Assembly (NCBI GenBank): GCA_048772705.1
Contig: JBLWGC010000182.1
Location: forward strand, 96,482 to 160,481
Length of the DNA stretch: 64,000 nt
Direction of reading: 5' to 3'
Source of the DNA: Leidyana gryllorum EB-2025a
Taxonomy: Eukaryota > Protista > Apicomplexa
Within the stretch, counting starts at the first letter, position 1; every line of letters starts with the position of its first letter. The position numbers and the translations under genes are program-made. The notes below the pieces were generated by a model. The model was not told the origin of the DNA and made no database searches. It worked only from the letters and a program-made list of their open reading frames with translations. Shown here piece by piece: positions 25,214-38,259 of the stretch.

Positions 25214-26770
25214 CTAATGACCCGTGTATATCCGCGTGTAAAGGAGCGGGTCCTTGTTCTACAATTAGGAACCTCAGAGTATGTGAGCCAACGACCGACC
25301 ATTGCTCGCTCACCAAAGGCATGTCTACAATTGCCCAAACCGCAAGAGCCATCGTTGTGACCAGAGACACGGTCGTCCTGTCCAGAAACGCGCGCGCCAT
25401 TTGAACTTTGGGCACCTTTTCCGGCTCTTACCATAGAATGATTTGCTTTCGCTCGATACCAACGAACGTGAGGGTCAACTCCACTGCATTTCCGTCTCCC
25501 TCGTTGTCTCCCTTGCCGTCTCCTGCATCCTCATCATCGAGCGCTTGTTGTAACTTGGCGTCCCGCTCAATCCACATCAGATCATCGTGCAATTGGGCTT
25601 CAACTCCTTGGAGACGGCGACGCTGCAATGTTGGGGTGACTCCTCATTTGTCGCACTGCAACTTGGGTATTACCGCTGGCATTCCGGAGACCTCGCGCGC
25701 CATTGACTCGACCGTATCCATTCCCGCCCACACCTCAGTCGGGACGACGGTGCGGATGGCAGAGGCGGGCAGACTCTTTTGGAGAAGCTCAATACCAGTA
25801 TAGAGTCGACCCAAGTCTTCTTTGTCAGCATAGCAAGTGAGCCCTTGAGTCAGAGTGATCAATACTACCGGTTTGACAGACTCCTCGGCGGCCAAAGGGA
25901 TCGCTTCTTTGACTCGTTGAATTGTAGCGGCTTCCAGCACCAACAATTTATCACACTCGTCGCGTACCAGGAATCCTTGAGAAGGAGACACCTTTTCCCT
26001 TCCTTTGCATTGGTCTCTCCTCTTACCTTTCCAATGTCCGGGGATCCGTAGTTTTTTGACGTTGACCGTATCGAGGTTGGCAATGGAGTCGGTCAGTTCC
26101 CGCTGAACCTCGCGTAAGGCCTCGTGGAAGGGGAGGGAAGCCGTGGGGGGCGTCTGGGCGACGTATTTGTTGTTGAAGTGCATCAGCGATGGTACATCAG
26201 AGATGATTGAGAAGTCCAGAGCCACAGACTCATCACCATCATTCTCAGCAAGATGCTCTTCATCCCCGTCGTCGTAGGTGCCAAGATTCTACCGATCACA
26301 AGACCCTTTTCAGAACTGCCTCACACCTCCCCGGTCTCACCTGTCCATGGACTTCGATGATCCGATCAATCAGAGTGTGGCGTGCGAAAGCAGTGACTGT
26401 GTGAGTCGCTTCTCCTTTGACCACAAAGTTGGTGCCAAAAAGAGGTCCGAGAGCGTCAATCTTGTCGTGCCCTTGAGGGAAAGACAGGGTACTATACACC
26501 TGAGCAACAACACAAGATGGCACATGAATCAGAGAAACTGACTGAGAGAGGCTCACCAGAGGTTCAACTGTGCCATCACGCAGATTATCTTCCAGGAGTT
26601 TCCGCAGCGACTTGGCAGACTTGATGTTGTAGCCTTGCATTCGCTCTGGAAGCATGACCCTACCTTGAGCGGCCATGGCCGTGCCGAGTAGAGCGGCTCC
26701 CTTTTATTGCAATGAAGGCGACTGGTGCAGGTCAAGCACTTACGGCTGCGAGCAATGCCGCCAGCTTCAT
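25214..26770 (-). CDS. ATP6AP2/(pro)renin-receptor-like V-ATPase accessory type I membrane protein
   Basis: Spliced signal peptide MKLAALLAAGAALLGTAMA. C-terminus QIILWTTVSLVTTMALAVWAIVDMPLNKDPLLYTRIYTGH matches the ATP6AP2 TM plus D-x-LLY tail. Confidence 0.75.
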
Positions 26771-26861
26771 GCTAGATCCCGGCCTTTTTGGACAGACTTG
26801 TCAACGCGGTAGTCAAAGAGGTCCTCGTAAAATTTCAAGCCAGTCTCCATGCTGGCGAGCA

Positions 26862-29185
26862 ATGGTCGAGCTCCAGTCAGGCAATCCCGAAGTCATTCGT
26901 GACACCTACTCTTACATCACCGCCCAGCTCAGGGACAGTGAGCCTGACGTCGTGGAGGCTTTCTTTTCCAATGAGGGCGTAATCAACATGCTCCTGGCAG
27001 GCCTCCCAACACCATGTAAACTCCTCGTTAGTAGACTCGCGCCTTTGAAGGAGGCGTGTCCGTGGCATCCCCTTATCTCTTGGGTCGCCGGCAACCATAA
27101 ACTCCTGAAAGAGATGGTCTCACCGCTAAGAAGAATCCGCGCTCTCATCGTTACACCAATTGCTCCTTCCTCTGGTTCCGCTACGAATGCTCCCCGCTCG
27201 GAGACGGAAGTCTCACAGTCCTCCAGTCAAGTTGCTGCCGGACAACCGCCCAAAATCAGTCTCTGCAAGTTCATTCTCCACAGAGCATTCCGCGACACCT
27301 ATATCGCTATGGTTCAAAGCAAACCACCACCCAATCGCTTCTCTTGCCTCCGTCATCTAACTCCTGAGGAAGAATATGCAATGTGTCCTGCCGACGCCTC
27401 CACGCTGCAGACTTTCGCTCAACGCCAATGGAGTAACGTAAGTACTCCGTCTCTCCTCTCTTTCTATGTCTCATCGTCCTTGGTCACAGCTACTCAAATG
27501 GCTGTTCGCGACATCTGTGTCTCAACCGTCTCGTGCTGGAGGCGCTCTTGGCTCTATTGATAAAGTCCCTCCCCAGCGACCTGGGCAACCCTTAGAGAAA
27601 GTTCTCAATCTCAAACATCTCGTGACCCCTCCCGACCCCCCGACCATAGCAGGTGGCGATCGAGCCAAGCCGCGCATCTCGAGAGCAGCGTTTCAATGGC
27701 TTCTATCCGATCTCAACGAACAAGTTACCACACTTCTCCTCGCGTATCTGGACTCGATTCTGTACGGATTGGATGCGGACAAACCGCAGGCACCTGTCCC
27801 AGAAGTGTCAAAGACAGCACCCTTGCGTTGCGCCAGAGTGGCCGTCCTGCTGGCGAGTATCGCTCAAGCCAAGATAGGTCAGCCTCTGGTGCTCGACCGC
27901 ATCAACAAGGACGAGGAGAACTTTGTAGGAATCTGTCGGGATATCGGTGTTGTCCTAACGGGCTCCACGACATTGAATGGCGTGTCGTATAAGTTTTTGT
28001 GCCCCACACCCCTCGCCCATATTCTGACTGTTGATGTCAGTCGCGACATTACCTGTCCTGACGGCTGGTGTCTCTCACAAATGTTTGGTGCTCGTGCTTA
28101 TCAAGACTGGCAAGAAGCTGGTTCTATTCGACGATTCGCGTTGCCGAAACAACGGTACCATATGTGTTGTTTGAAACGGAGTAATCAAGTTCTGCCTCCA
28201 CTGCATATGGAGGGGGAGGTGGACTGGTTCGGACCCTCGGATCCCCTGTCTGAGTATCCGACCGGAGACGCGGGTCGTCCGCTCACAGGCTACGCAACGC
28301 CAGCACCCAACACACAAGCGGGCAGAGCGCCAGATTCAGTCAAGGCGCGGACCAAAATCATCGCAAATGTGCCGTCCGGCAAAACCAGAGGGATTGTTGT
28401 GGAATCTAACTTCCGCGTCTTTGCCTATCGGCCTGATCAACTCGAAGAGTCCGTGCTCTGTAAGTGTGCCTGCCTTGCAGTCGGCGTTTGCTGCTAATTC
28501 GCTCTTTGCGTTTCAGCTAATCTCTGTGAAATCCGTATTGTGTCGCCAACTTTAATCGTCGGAGTTTTAACGAGAGACAGTGTCATGAAGGCTTTCATTT
28601 ACGGACTGACAGCGAAGCAGATTATCAAATTCTTCGCAAGTCACGCTCACCAAAGTGTTAAGAAGAAAGCACACAGCAAAGTTCCGAAAGGTGAGTGACC
28701 CATTATCGTCGGGATTGGAGAATATTGCGGCGGATTTCTCAGGTCAAGACAACAACGACTGGCTGGAGTCCAATGCCGGCGCTCACTTCTGCCTGCCGGA
28801 GAACGTGAGCAACCAGCTGGAGCTTTGGGAGGCCCAGAGATCGAGTATCTCCATGTTTGAAGCCACTCTTTTTGAGTTCTCCGAAGAACAGGACCTCGTC
28901 CTGTTCCCGAATTTGGTAGCTCGGGCCAAGCTGAATGGAATGGTGCTCTGCCACACTCCGATCACGGCAGCAGAAAGTATAGTCGGAAGCGAGGACTGGA
29001 AGAACTGGAAATCCAACATTATGCGCCGCCTGCGCACAACGGCTCGACTGAGCCAAGGGGAGCTCTTGGAGTGTGGGAACTGGTTCGCAAATGGGGCAAT
29101 TCTTGTGGTTAGGGCGCAAAATAGGCATGAGGTCGCGAAGATCCTGAAACAGGTCCGAACCGCCCCAAGAGTGAACACCAGCTAG
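26862..29185 (+). CDS. TFB2: TFIIH subunit p52 (Tfb2/GTF2H4), multi-exon
   Basis: ISRAAFQWLL, IVVESNFRVFAY, VGVLTRDSVMKAF..GLTAKQIIKFF.SHAH, LPENVSNQLELWE. Confidence 0.92.
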
Positions 29186-29228
29186 ACGGTCAATTTTTTG
29201 ACTGTTAGATCGATCAATCTCCTACATA

Positions 29229-30947
29229 ATGGGACTATTCAGGAGCAGCAAGAGGGAAGGAGAGTCTCCATCATCAGACAGAGCCCGAGCCGCGTCTCTG
29301 AACCGATTTGGGTTCCGAAGGCACAGAGCCGAAAAGGGGGACGACGGCGGTCCAGGAGGATTGAGTTTTTCACGGCGGAGGTCCCCGAAGAGTGCAGTGG
29401 AGGAGCGAAGACATAGTGGAGGCTCTACTGAAGCGGGCAGCAGTCTCCATAACAAGGTCAATGATGGGAATTTGACAGTGCGAGTGAGTGTGCCGTGCAT
29501 TGTCTACATGGTCGTTGCATGAACACTGCAGTCGGAAAGCCCCAAACAGCTGCTACATGACAGCGATGACCCTCCCGCCCCGTCCCACGGGGACGAGGTA
29601 CCATCTCCAGCCCTCAAATCATCACGTGAGCCCGCGGAGGGTTCGATGTCTCGAAAGTCCGCGGGCGCCTCAAAGCCTTCCGTCCGAATGGCCTCGCAAG
29701 CTGCCGATCGCTCTTCTGGGAGGACAGCGGAGGAAAGTCAACAATTCGTTGAGAAGCGCTGGCGTACCAAATCGAGCCCTATGGCGGTCTCAGTGCACGA
29801 TGCAGCCGTGTTCAGCAATGTGAAAGCCCCGGATGAAACCCAGTTGACGCCGCGAGGCGGAGGTGCAATTATCAAAGTATCAAATGAGGTGGTAACGGTA
29901 CGGCCCAGCGCTGTGAAACAGGCGGAGCAGAGAAAGCCAGCCCCGAATCGCCGGGTGTCTATCAAAGCGGCAGAGAAGAATGGCGAAATGAGCTCGCGGG
30001 AGCTAGATTCGCCCCGATACGTGCCTAAGAAAGGCGGCATTGTCAAAACCACCGTGATGCAGAAGATATCGAATCTAGATAGCTTCGAAAACAATACGAG
30101 AAAGTATCCTCAGACAGCCCGAGCCGCCATCGACGATGAAGCCGACCCACCAGTGACTCCAAAAGTGGTTCGCAAATTACGACAATGGCCCCCACCCGCA
30201 TCAGTACCGGCTCGACCGGCTTCACCCGCCGCCACTGTGGCAACGGCGCCAGCCTCATTTATTCAAGACCTCGATGACGAGGACTTTGACGCTGCCGCTA
30301 GTCCCACCACCTCCGACGGTAGCACGGTGGGGTCCCCAGGTGGTACGGACATCAAAACGCGCAAAGAGTTGAGTCAGAGCGCTGCTAAGCTCGGCTTTGT
30401 TCGTCGGGCAACCATGATGATCGGCGAGAAGGAGGTAATGAGTGCGAAGGACAATCTCGGTTTGCATATACATCCCTGTTCTCTCTTTGCCCGCAGTACA
30501 CGAGCACCAAGGCTTCACAGCTTCAACCACAGACTCCAAAAGGCGACAAACAGAGTGATCAATCGTACGTTGCGTCAATCCCTTTACCAATCATATCGGC
30601 GGCGGGCTCCATCGTGGCTCGTCCGCAGTCTCTCAACAACTGTGTGTACCCTAATAATCATTGCTCATCAGAGTCAACGCTTCTATGCGAATGTCGTCGC
30701 CGTTAGCAGCCTGCCCTGGTTTCGGGAACGAGGGGACTGCTAATGAGTTATTGAAAGCGCTGTAAGCTCAGAAACCCGGACAACAGTACCGAGACTCCCT
30801 GCTATCAGAGCGTTCCGTCGCGAGAAGACTCTGAAGTTGGAGCAAAGTTGGGGCGGGCAGGGGGTGTTAGACGACTTGAGTTCTGCTCTGGACACTGAGA
30901 GCGAGGCCGAATCTGAGGAGAATCTGAATCTAACTGAAGTTTCCTAA
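29229..30947 (+). CDS. Hypothetical low-complexity protein (multi-exon)
   Basis: ATG 29229; canonical introns link to ORF 29646-30743 and two short 3' exons ending TAA 30947. Ser/Pro/Arg-rich. Confidence 0.55.
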
Positions 30948-31127
30948 CCAACTCTTAAAGTTGGTATCTTAAAACATGGGAGCTCTTTGATGAGACACGG
31001 GGACTTGACCGCACACATAAATCTTGACACACACACAATTACTGCTACAGATTTGAGTGAAAAGTTAAATAAACTCTCACATTAACTCTTTTTCTCCTTC
31101 TGCTTCTCGCACTTAACGATTCACATC

Positions 31128-31930
31128 ATGGCTCGCAAGGCTTGGGTTGGCGGCAACTGGAAATGCAACGGCACTGTTGCTTCAATCAAGGAACTCGCTA
31201 CCTCCCTCAACCAGGGCAAATTTGGCAAAGATGACATTGGTAAGGCTCTCCTCATGTCGTCTCTCTCACTACGCACATCACAGATGCTCTCATCTTCCCC
31301 ACCGCTTTGCACGTCGGCGTGACTCGTCAAGCTCTCGACGAGAAGTACATTGTTGGAACTCAGAACATCAGCAAGACTGGCAACGGAGCTTATACTGGCG
31401 AAATCAGTGTCGCTATGGCCCAGGACTACGGTGTCACCTGGACTTTGATTGGCCACTCTGAGCGTCGTACTCTCTACGGAGAATCCGATGAAGTAGCTGC
31501 CGATAAGGTCGAGGCTGCTCAGAAGGCAGGTCTCAACGTTGGCTTCTGCATTGGCGAGACTCTTGAGGAGAGGGAAGCCAACAAGACCAAGGAGGTCTGC
31601 AACCGCCAGATTAAGGCTATCATCCCTAAGGTCACTGACTGGTCTAAGATCGTCATTGCCTACGAGCCAGTCTGGGCCATTGGTACCGGCAAGGTCGCCA
31701 CCAAGGAGCAAGCTCAGGAGGCTCATGCTGACATCAGACAGTTCATCAAGGAGAACGTGTCGGAAAAGGTCGCCAACGAAGTTCGCATCGTCTACGGCGG
31801 CTCCGTCAACGAGAAGAACTGCGAGGAACTCGCTCGCCAGCCCGATATTGACGGTTTCTTGGTCGGCGGTGCTTCTCTCAAGCCCACTTTCACCACCATC
31901 ATCGAGACCGCTCGCAAATTCCAGAACTAG
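31128..31930 (+). CDS. TPI1: Triosephosphate isomerase (2 exons)
   Basis: VGGNWKCNG, GAYTGE, IGHSERR, AYEPVWAIGTG, YGGSV, DIDGFLVGGASLK; strong codon bias. Confidence 0.98.
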
Positions 31931-32241
31931 ATTGTTTTGCTCAACAACCGACACCCCAAAATAGTACAGAATAGTCACTACAGCTTTACCATAGCTCAAG
32001 CTCGATTTAGCTATTCAAGACGGTGCTCGCCGCCCTTAGCTTATTATGGTGGTGGTAGTTCACACGTAATTCAATTGTGTCTGGGCACAAATCTGGTCTG
32101 TGCTCCAAAAGCGATAGCCCTGATTGGGCCGAGCCAGCCCTCTTGTGAGCCCGTTTTCGGCGGGGCGTGTCACGGGGCCAGCTCCATTGACGATAAAAAC
32201 AGAGGACGATGGGTGCGAGATAAGTCGTTAACTCTCATCAA

Positions 32242-32671
32242 TCACCAGTGAGATGGAACGGGTTCTGGAACCGCCTCTTCTGGCTGAGAGTTGGCATTTG
32301 AATGCGAACTTGGCGAACTGGGTAGAAACTCTACTGCAATCATCACATCGTCAGTTGGACACGAATCCGCAGTGGAGAGTTCTATGGCAAAACCATCAGA
32401 CGGGTGTCGTTGGTGAAGGAAAACTGGACGCTGATGTTGAAGAGATCTACGTTCTCTGTCAAATTAGGCTCATATCTGTCCTGCATTATGAGACTCACTT
32501 GATGCGACGTCGTTTGAGTTTCGTTGTGTAGAGAACTGCACCAGCCGCTGCGAAAAGAACTCCACAGGCTGTGCCGGCAATTGCAATTGTGTCGGTGGGT
32601 GAATTAGTGAAGGTTTCGGTTGCAGCAGAGGCCAAGATGCACTTAAAGATAAACAATAGCACTAATATCAT
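32242..32671 (-). CDS. Small type I membrane protein (intron 32456-32498)
   Basis: Signal peptide MILVLLFIFKCILASA, short Thr-rich ectodomain, TM IAIAGTACGVLFAAAGAVLY, stop-transfer KLKRRRIK, then 70 further codons ending in Trp. Confidence 0.65.
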
Positions 32672-32718
32672 CTTGGTGCAGGAGTGTGCGATGGTTTGCC
32701 ACACACGCGCCGGACCTT

Positions 32719-33006
32719 TCAGGATGCACGGAAAAGGATGATCACTTCTTTGCCGACTTGGACGTGGAGGAAGCTGCCGGGATCGTGAGTAAAGTACGAT
32801 CCATAGGCTCTGCCAACTAGACAATGCCACTTGGTGTCGGGGTACATTTCGTCGAAACGCTTTTTGATCTGAGACGCCATCTTAGATTCTGACTCCTCAG
32901 AAGCCACGGCCTGTTGGCAGACCTCGATGGCGTTCTCTTTCATGGATTCCTCCATGTCAGAGGCCCGAACGACGACTTCATTAGCTTTGGAGGGGGCAGC
33001 AGCCAT
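32719..33006 (-). CDS. Dynein light chain type 1 (LC8 family), divergent
   Basis: SDMEESM, MASQIKKRFD, WHCLVGRAYGSYFTH, IILFR. Confidence 0.92.
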   Translation of the reverse strand: MAAAPSKANEVVVRASDMEESMKENAIEVCQQAVASEESESKMASQIKKRFDEMYPDTKWHCLVGRAYGSYFTHDPGSFLHVQVGKEVIILFRAS

Positions 33007-33310
33007 GACAGAATTTCTTTCTTTTTTGAGTTATAGGCGCTGAATCCCCCGATTAGCCCTAGCCCATTCGGCAGTATCTTTCAGAACAAAGTGCATGCCA
33101 TCGTATATTTGAAGTATACACTGCTTTTTGTCCGTCATTCTTGCTCCCTCTCCGTCTCCTACGAGGTGTTAGACCGAGAGACTCTGTTCATTCATTGGTC
33201 TCCGTTCCTACTACATTTTTTCCGCGAGCCATTCCACCCCCCATCACATCTATCCAGCTGGTCGCTTGATGGAATTGGTTAGTTCAGGTCTGTGACACTG
33301 TCCAGAGACA

Positions 33311-36300
33311 ATGCACGGTCGTACTGAGGATGCTTTAGACTGCACCAACCAAGGGTACGTCTCGATCTATTGGGTGGAAGGAGGTAGTTACTGACAGATA
33401 TGACTACCTTCGCTCAATCGGAAGTGGGCAATTCGGACGGACTTACCTTGTGCGGCGACTGGACAATGGAGAGCTTCGCGCAGCAAAACGGGTTGATCTC
33501 TCCAATTTGGAGTCTCAAGATGTATTAGCCGCGCACAAAGAACCTCAGTTCCTCGCACAATTCGCTGCGTGTCCATATATCGTCAAGCTGTACGAAAGCT
33601 TTGTCACCCAAGAAGGTTACCTAAACATCATCATGGTGGGCATAGTCCTGCGTAACCGCCATCTCATTCCTTCGGCAGGAGTACTGCCAAGGTGGGGATA
33701 TGGCACGTTGTCTGAACAGCATGAGGAAGATGAATCAACGCTTCACTGAGGCTGAGATCATCGATATGCTCCGTCAGATGTTGGAGGCTTTGACAATGCT
33801 GCACGACAATTTTGTCATGCATCGTGATCTTAAGCCATCCAATATACTTATTAGCGGCGATGGCAAACTGAAACTCGCTGATTTTGGTGTTTGCCGTCAG
33901 TTGGAGGCTACCATAGAGCGTGCGAAGACCCACGTCGGGACTCCACAGTACATGCCTCCTGAGATCATCATGAATCGGCCGTACTATTATCCTGGCGATA
34001 TGTGGTCTTTAGGTTGTGTTCTTTATGAGATGCTGACCTTACAACCAGCTTTCGAAGGAGGCGCCTATATGGTCGGTCTCAAGATTTGTTGGTCCCCGGT
34101 GACTCCGCTTGGTCCGGAATGGTCAGCTGTGAGTGGTCATAATGTCGTGTCGCTGTGAAAGAGTGCCATTCTGCAGCCGCTGAGGCAGATCGTGATGAGG
34201 TTGCTGGCCAAGGATCCGGCCAAGAGACCAATAGCAAAAGATCTGCTGCGCGACAACTATCTGAATGCCATTCCAGATCCTCTCAGTCAGGTTTTGAGCT
34301 GGGATTCCCCAGATCGGGCCTTGGAGAGGGTTGACGAACGCGAAGAGGACGCAAACTCCAACGGTGGATCACCAGTTGCTGACGATGCTCAAGGTTTCCC
34401 AGCTCCAGCGGCTGCCGCACAGCCCGCACCGCAGATTTCTGCAGATGTTGTTCGTGCGTGTGAGGTGATTATGTGGCGCTTCACCAGAGCGTGAGTCTTT
34501 ATTGAGCCTAAATCGCTATCGGTCGTCCCCACAGACTGAGTTGTGCTGAGGTGCTGTGGCCACGGGCTATGCTCGAGCACGAGCCGGGCCTGTGGGAGGA
34601 ACTGAGACGCGGTGTTGAAGCGGTTAATCTGAAGGTTGAGAATGCGGCTTCACAGTCTGAGTGTCTTGGAGATATGATAATGGAGGTTTTGGCTACAGGA
34701 GGGGAGATGTGGTTTCCGAGCCCACCCCTCCAGGAAAAAGTATGGGGTATGTTACTGGGCCCGGAAAGTATTGTGAATGGTGTCGTGCTGTGACAGACGC
34801 AGAGGTGACAGCTGCTTGGTTATGGAGGGTTGCCAGCACATATGGCGCTGACTTATCCGAAACCGAATGTCACCAGGTATTGTCGACGATCGCACAAGTT
34901 ACAGGGGAGAATGTGTAAGTGACCCTCTCATATCGAGAAGCCAAAGTGACATTGTTCGATCGATCGATCGTTTTCAGACCAAGCTTGAAAACTTTCAAAC
35001 GTATCTCTTCTGCCTGTGGAAAGCTCACGGCGATATATCGAGCAGCAAACGATCATTTGCAGGATGAAAACACTGTTCTCAATGAGGTCACCACCTCCAT
35101 AGAACAAATGTACAGACACATTTGCGAGAAAGTTTACACGAAATCCGCAAGTGTTGATTACTCCCTCGAGGAGATGGAGGTACGAGAAAGCGCCCGCTTA
35201 ACTCCGCTGCACATCTTCTTCTCACAGCCTTTCTGTTGTCAAGTGCCAGATTCCGATGGAGGGGTGCCGGAGGGACTGGTGAGACAAATGATACAGAACG
35301 AAGAAGGCATGGGATTGACAGAAGGCGACGTGGAAGACTTCCTGTTATTGTCGTTCAAAACTAAGAATGGTAACATTCGGTTCCGGCGTACAACGAGCGA
35401 GATGACCAATCACTCGGCGCTGCCAGTGGCACTTACTCAGGACAAAATACCTGAAGTATCGACCAAAATCGCCCTTCTTCAGAACAAATCACCCGAGCCT
35501 GTGGTGTTGACGGCGGCGGCAGGCGCCCCGCCAATAACAATGACGACCCACCAAGACGTATCTGCCTCCTTCAGCTCGTCCAAGCAAAGCGAACGTGTAT
35601 ACAAAAGCCCTTCGGTCATCCACTCGGAATTGCGATCAGAAGGCCTATCCGAGTCAGGAGGAGGCAGCGGAGGTATCAGACCATCTTGTGGGGGCTCCGC
35701 TGATTTCAGCGTTAGTGGTGGGGGGGGCCTCTGCGAGAACTGTCTCCACCGCCCGGCAGCTAAAGTGGCATCGGAACGCTCCCATTGGAGCCGAGAACTC
35801 TCACCTGTGTCCCTCTCTGGAGCACGACATCGAGACAACTCTCTCTTCAGTGACAGAGGCAGTGTATACACCGATGCCAATCCCGAGGTCGAACCAGTGG
35901 TCTCCCCATCCGAGCGAGCAGAGGTTTTGTCTTTGCATCGATTCGCTACCTTGCCGGTTGAGCACGGCTCGAGGCCCGAACGATCAACTTATGGTCGCTA
36001 CGCATATCCGCGGCTCCCAAACACTGTGGCGGCCAGAACACGCAACTCCCATAATGCATCTGGCCCGATCCTTGGAAGTGGCTCCAATCAACGAACGCCT
36101 GCTGCAGTCGGTCGCAAGAAGAAGTCCTCTCTACAGGGACGACCTGATATTCGTGTCAGAACGTCACGTAATGGTCCTGGTCTGAGAACCATTTCTCAGC
36201 AAGAGCTCGCATCGCTGCCTACGTTTCAACCTGGCCGTTCCCATCCTGACCGAGGAGCTGGCACTCACGTACACATTGTGTTTTCGAGTGACTGCACAGT

Positions 36301-37816
36301 TCCACATGAAACAAAATCCAGCATCAAGGGTTATTACTCTGATCCCGCCAGGATAGGTTTGGAAACGCTCATCGGATGGATGGTGAGTGTGACCATCACG
36401 TGTGTGTGCGGTATATGGTGTCCCCCAGGCTGAAGCGATGCATTTCCACGAGCACACGATTGAGCAGCTCATAGTGCTGTATGGTGAAGCCCGTGTAACG
36501 GACAGTCAGCTACGAGAATCCATCCGTGGCCTAGCAATGGTAATATTGTTTTGGTTCATCTTCTTTGGGTTAAGCCTGGGGTTTCTTCTAACTGCAGGAA
36601 ATTGCGGGTAATGTGGAGCGTCAAGACATCCTTCTCCGACGGCTGAGGTCACCACCTCCTGGATTACAGGAGGAGCTGAAGATGACTCAACAAAACTTCT
36701 ACAATGTCTGTGAGTTCTAATTGGGAATGTTTGCGGCGGCACAGAGTCCTTTGTCAACCAGATTTGAAGGCCATTCGACATCACTCTGGTGTGAGATGTG
36801 AGCTGGAACGACTGCTGTCGAAGACTGAAGGACGGGATCATTGGGGTTCAAAGCTTCACTCTCGGAGCAATGGCAGTCGTTACAGCCATTCGATATTGAA
36901 CCCGGCGTCTTCTGCATCGAACGTCGACCGCCTGGGGTCGCTGTTCGCACGTACGGAGGCATTATTGATCTACTCCGCAATGGAGTTGGGGACGTTCACG
37001 AAGCAGATGCTGAACGCGATGCAGGACCTTAGCATTGACAATCAAAGAGTTGCTGTTTGTCATGACTTCGCGAATACACTTGAGTTGAGGAATACGGCCT
37101 TGTTCCAGCTAGTGGACCCCCCATTTGGGGGTATAGATGGGAGCTCCGGCAGTGTCATGTGTCTCGAAGATATCGAGTCTGGTCCCCTGCTGATAATGTG
37201 CGAACGTATCCGGTACCATCTCGTCAGTTTAGAGCAAGCAGTTATTGGAGACGATGGTCTTATCGTGCCCACCAGACGCAGCAAGGCTCCTCTAAGCACG
37301 GGACTGGTTGACGAAAGACTGCCTCGACATCAGTCACAGATCAGTCCCAGACAAAGATACCAACGCCGTCATGAACTCCTCCCACGAGATTCGTCGCAGG
37401 CACTTCCGAGGTGTACCACTGACTATTCCGTCAACAGCCACAGACATCGCGACCGGCATCTTGCCCACATACGGTCTGGCTTTGGTAACTTTATCGCTGA
37501 TGATCAACCTACTTACGCCAGACGCCGCTTCACTAGCAGCAGCGACCATGTAAGGGCGGTCGACGAGTGGACCGACAACAGTACTCGATGTGACTGCTTC
37601 CGTCATTAAGTGGCATCTGAAGAGGAGATGTCTCTGTTCTATCACAGGAGACACCTCTCCAGCGTCTCTGGCGATAGTACGTCTTCCCATCTCACTACAA
37701 TCTCTATTTCCCCCTCTCTCTCTTTCTCCCTCCATCCGGGAGAGGATTGGGATGTCTTTATTTCGCGCCTACTTTCGCCTTCTGCCTCTCTTCCGCTCTC
37801 TTCTCTCCGATATTGA
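33311..37816 (+). CDS. NIMA-related (NEK) Ser/Thr kinase with very long C-terminal extension; 3' end uncertain
   Basis: IGSGQFG, AAKRV, IIMEYCQGGD, HRDLKPSN, LADFG, GTPQYMPPE, DMWSLGC. In-frame canonical introns appear to connect it to ORFs 34919-36433 and 36704-37609. Confidence 0.75.
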
Positions 37817-38259
37817 AGCAGAGTCACAGTTTCCCTGCGCTTAATCGTCGTGTATCCGACAGGAAGAAAGAAAAGTAACTAATACTACTGCTATTGCTGC
37901 CGATACTGTGCACACTCGATTTTCTTTCAAGGACCGAGCGCTTGCGACCCTTTCGTTCGGGACGCTGCTGCTCCTTTGACTTAAGGCTTATGTTCGCCTC
38001 GCTGGCACGGTCGTCAAGAATCGTAAATTAGCGAGGCACAAAGTTTTAGGAGGTCGGTCGGACAATGAGAATTCATCATCATCATCATTGACTTGCTGCT
38101 TATTGCAAACCTACTTTGATATACTCCGTCTCACTCTGCTACTACTGCCACCCTTATCACATAATTTTTACAATCCACACAAATTAGATCGACTGCCATC
38201 CACATCTCGACGGTACCAACCTATTATTGTGTTCATTGGTTATCATCATTGTTATTCTT

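Noticed and set aside
31121-31999. Long antisense ORFs over TPI, tubulin (2894-3673) and GAC (48094-49278)
   Set aside because: Shadow frames expected from codon bias on the opposite strand; no protein-like motifs.
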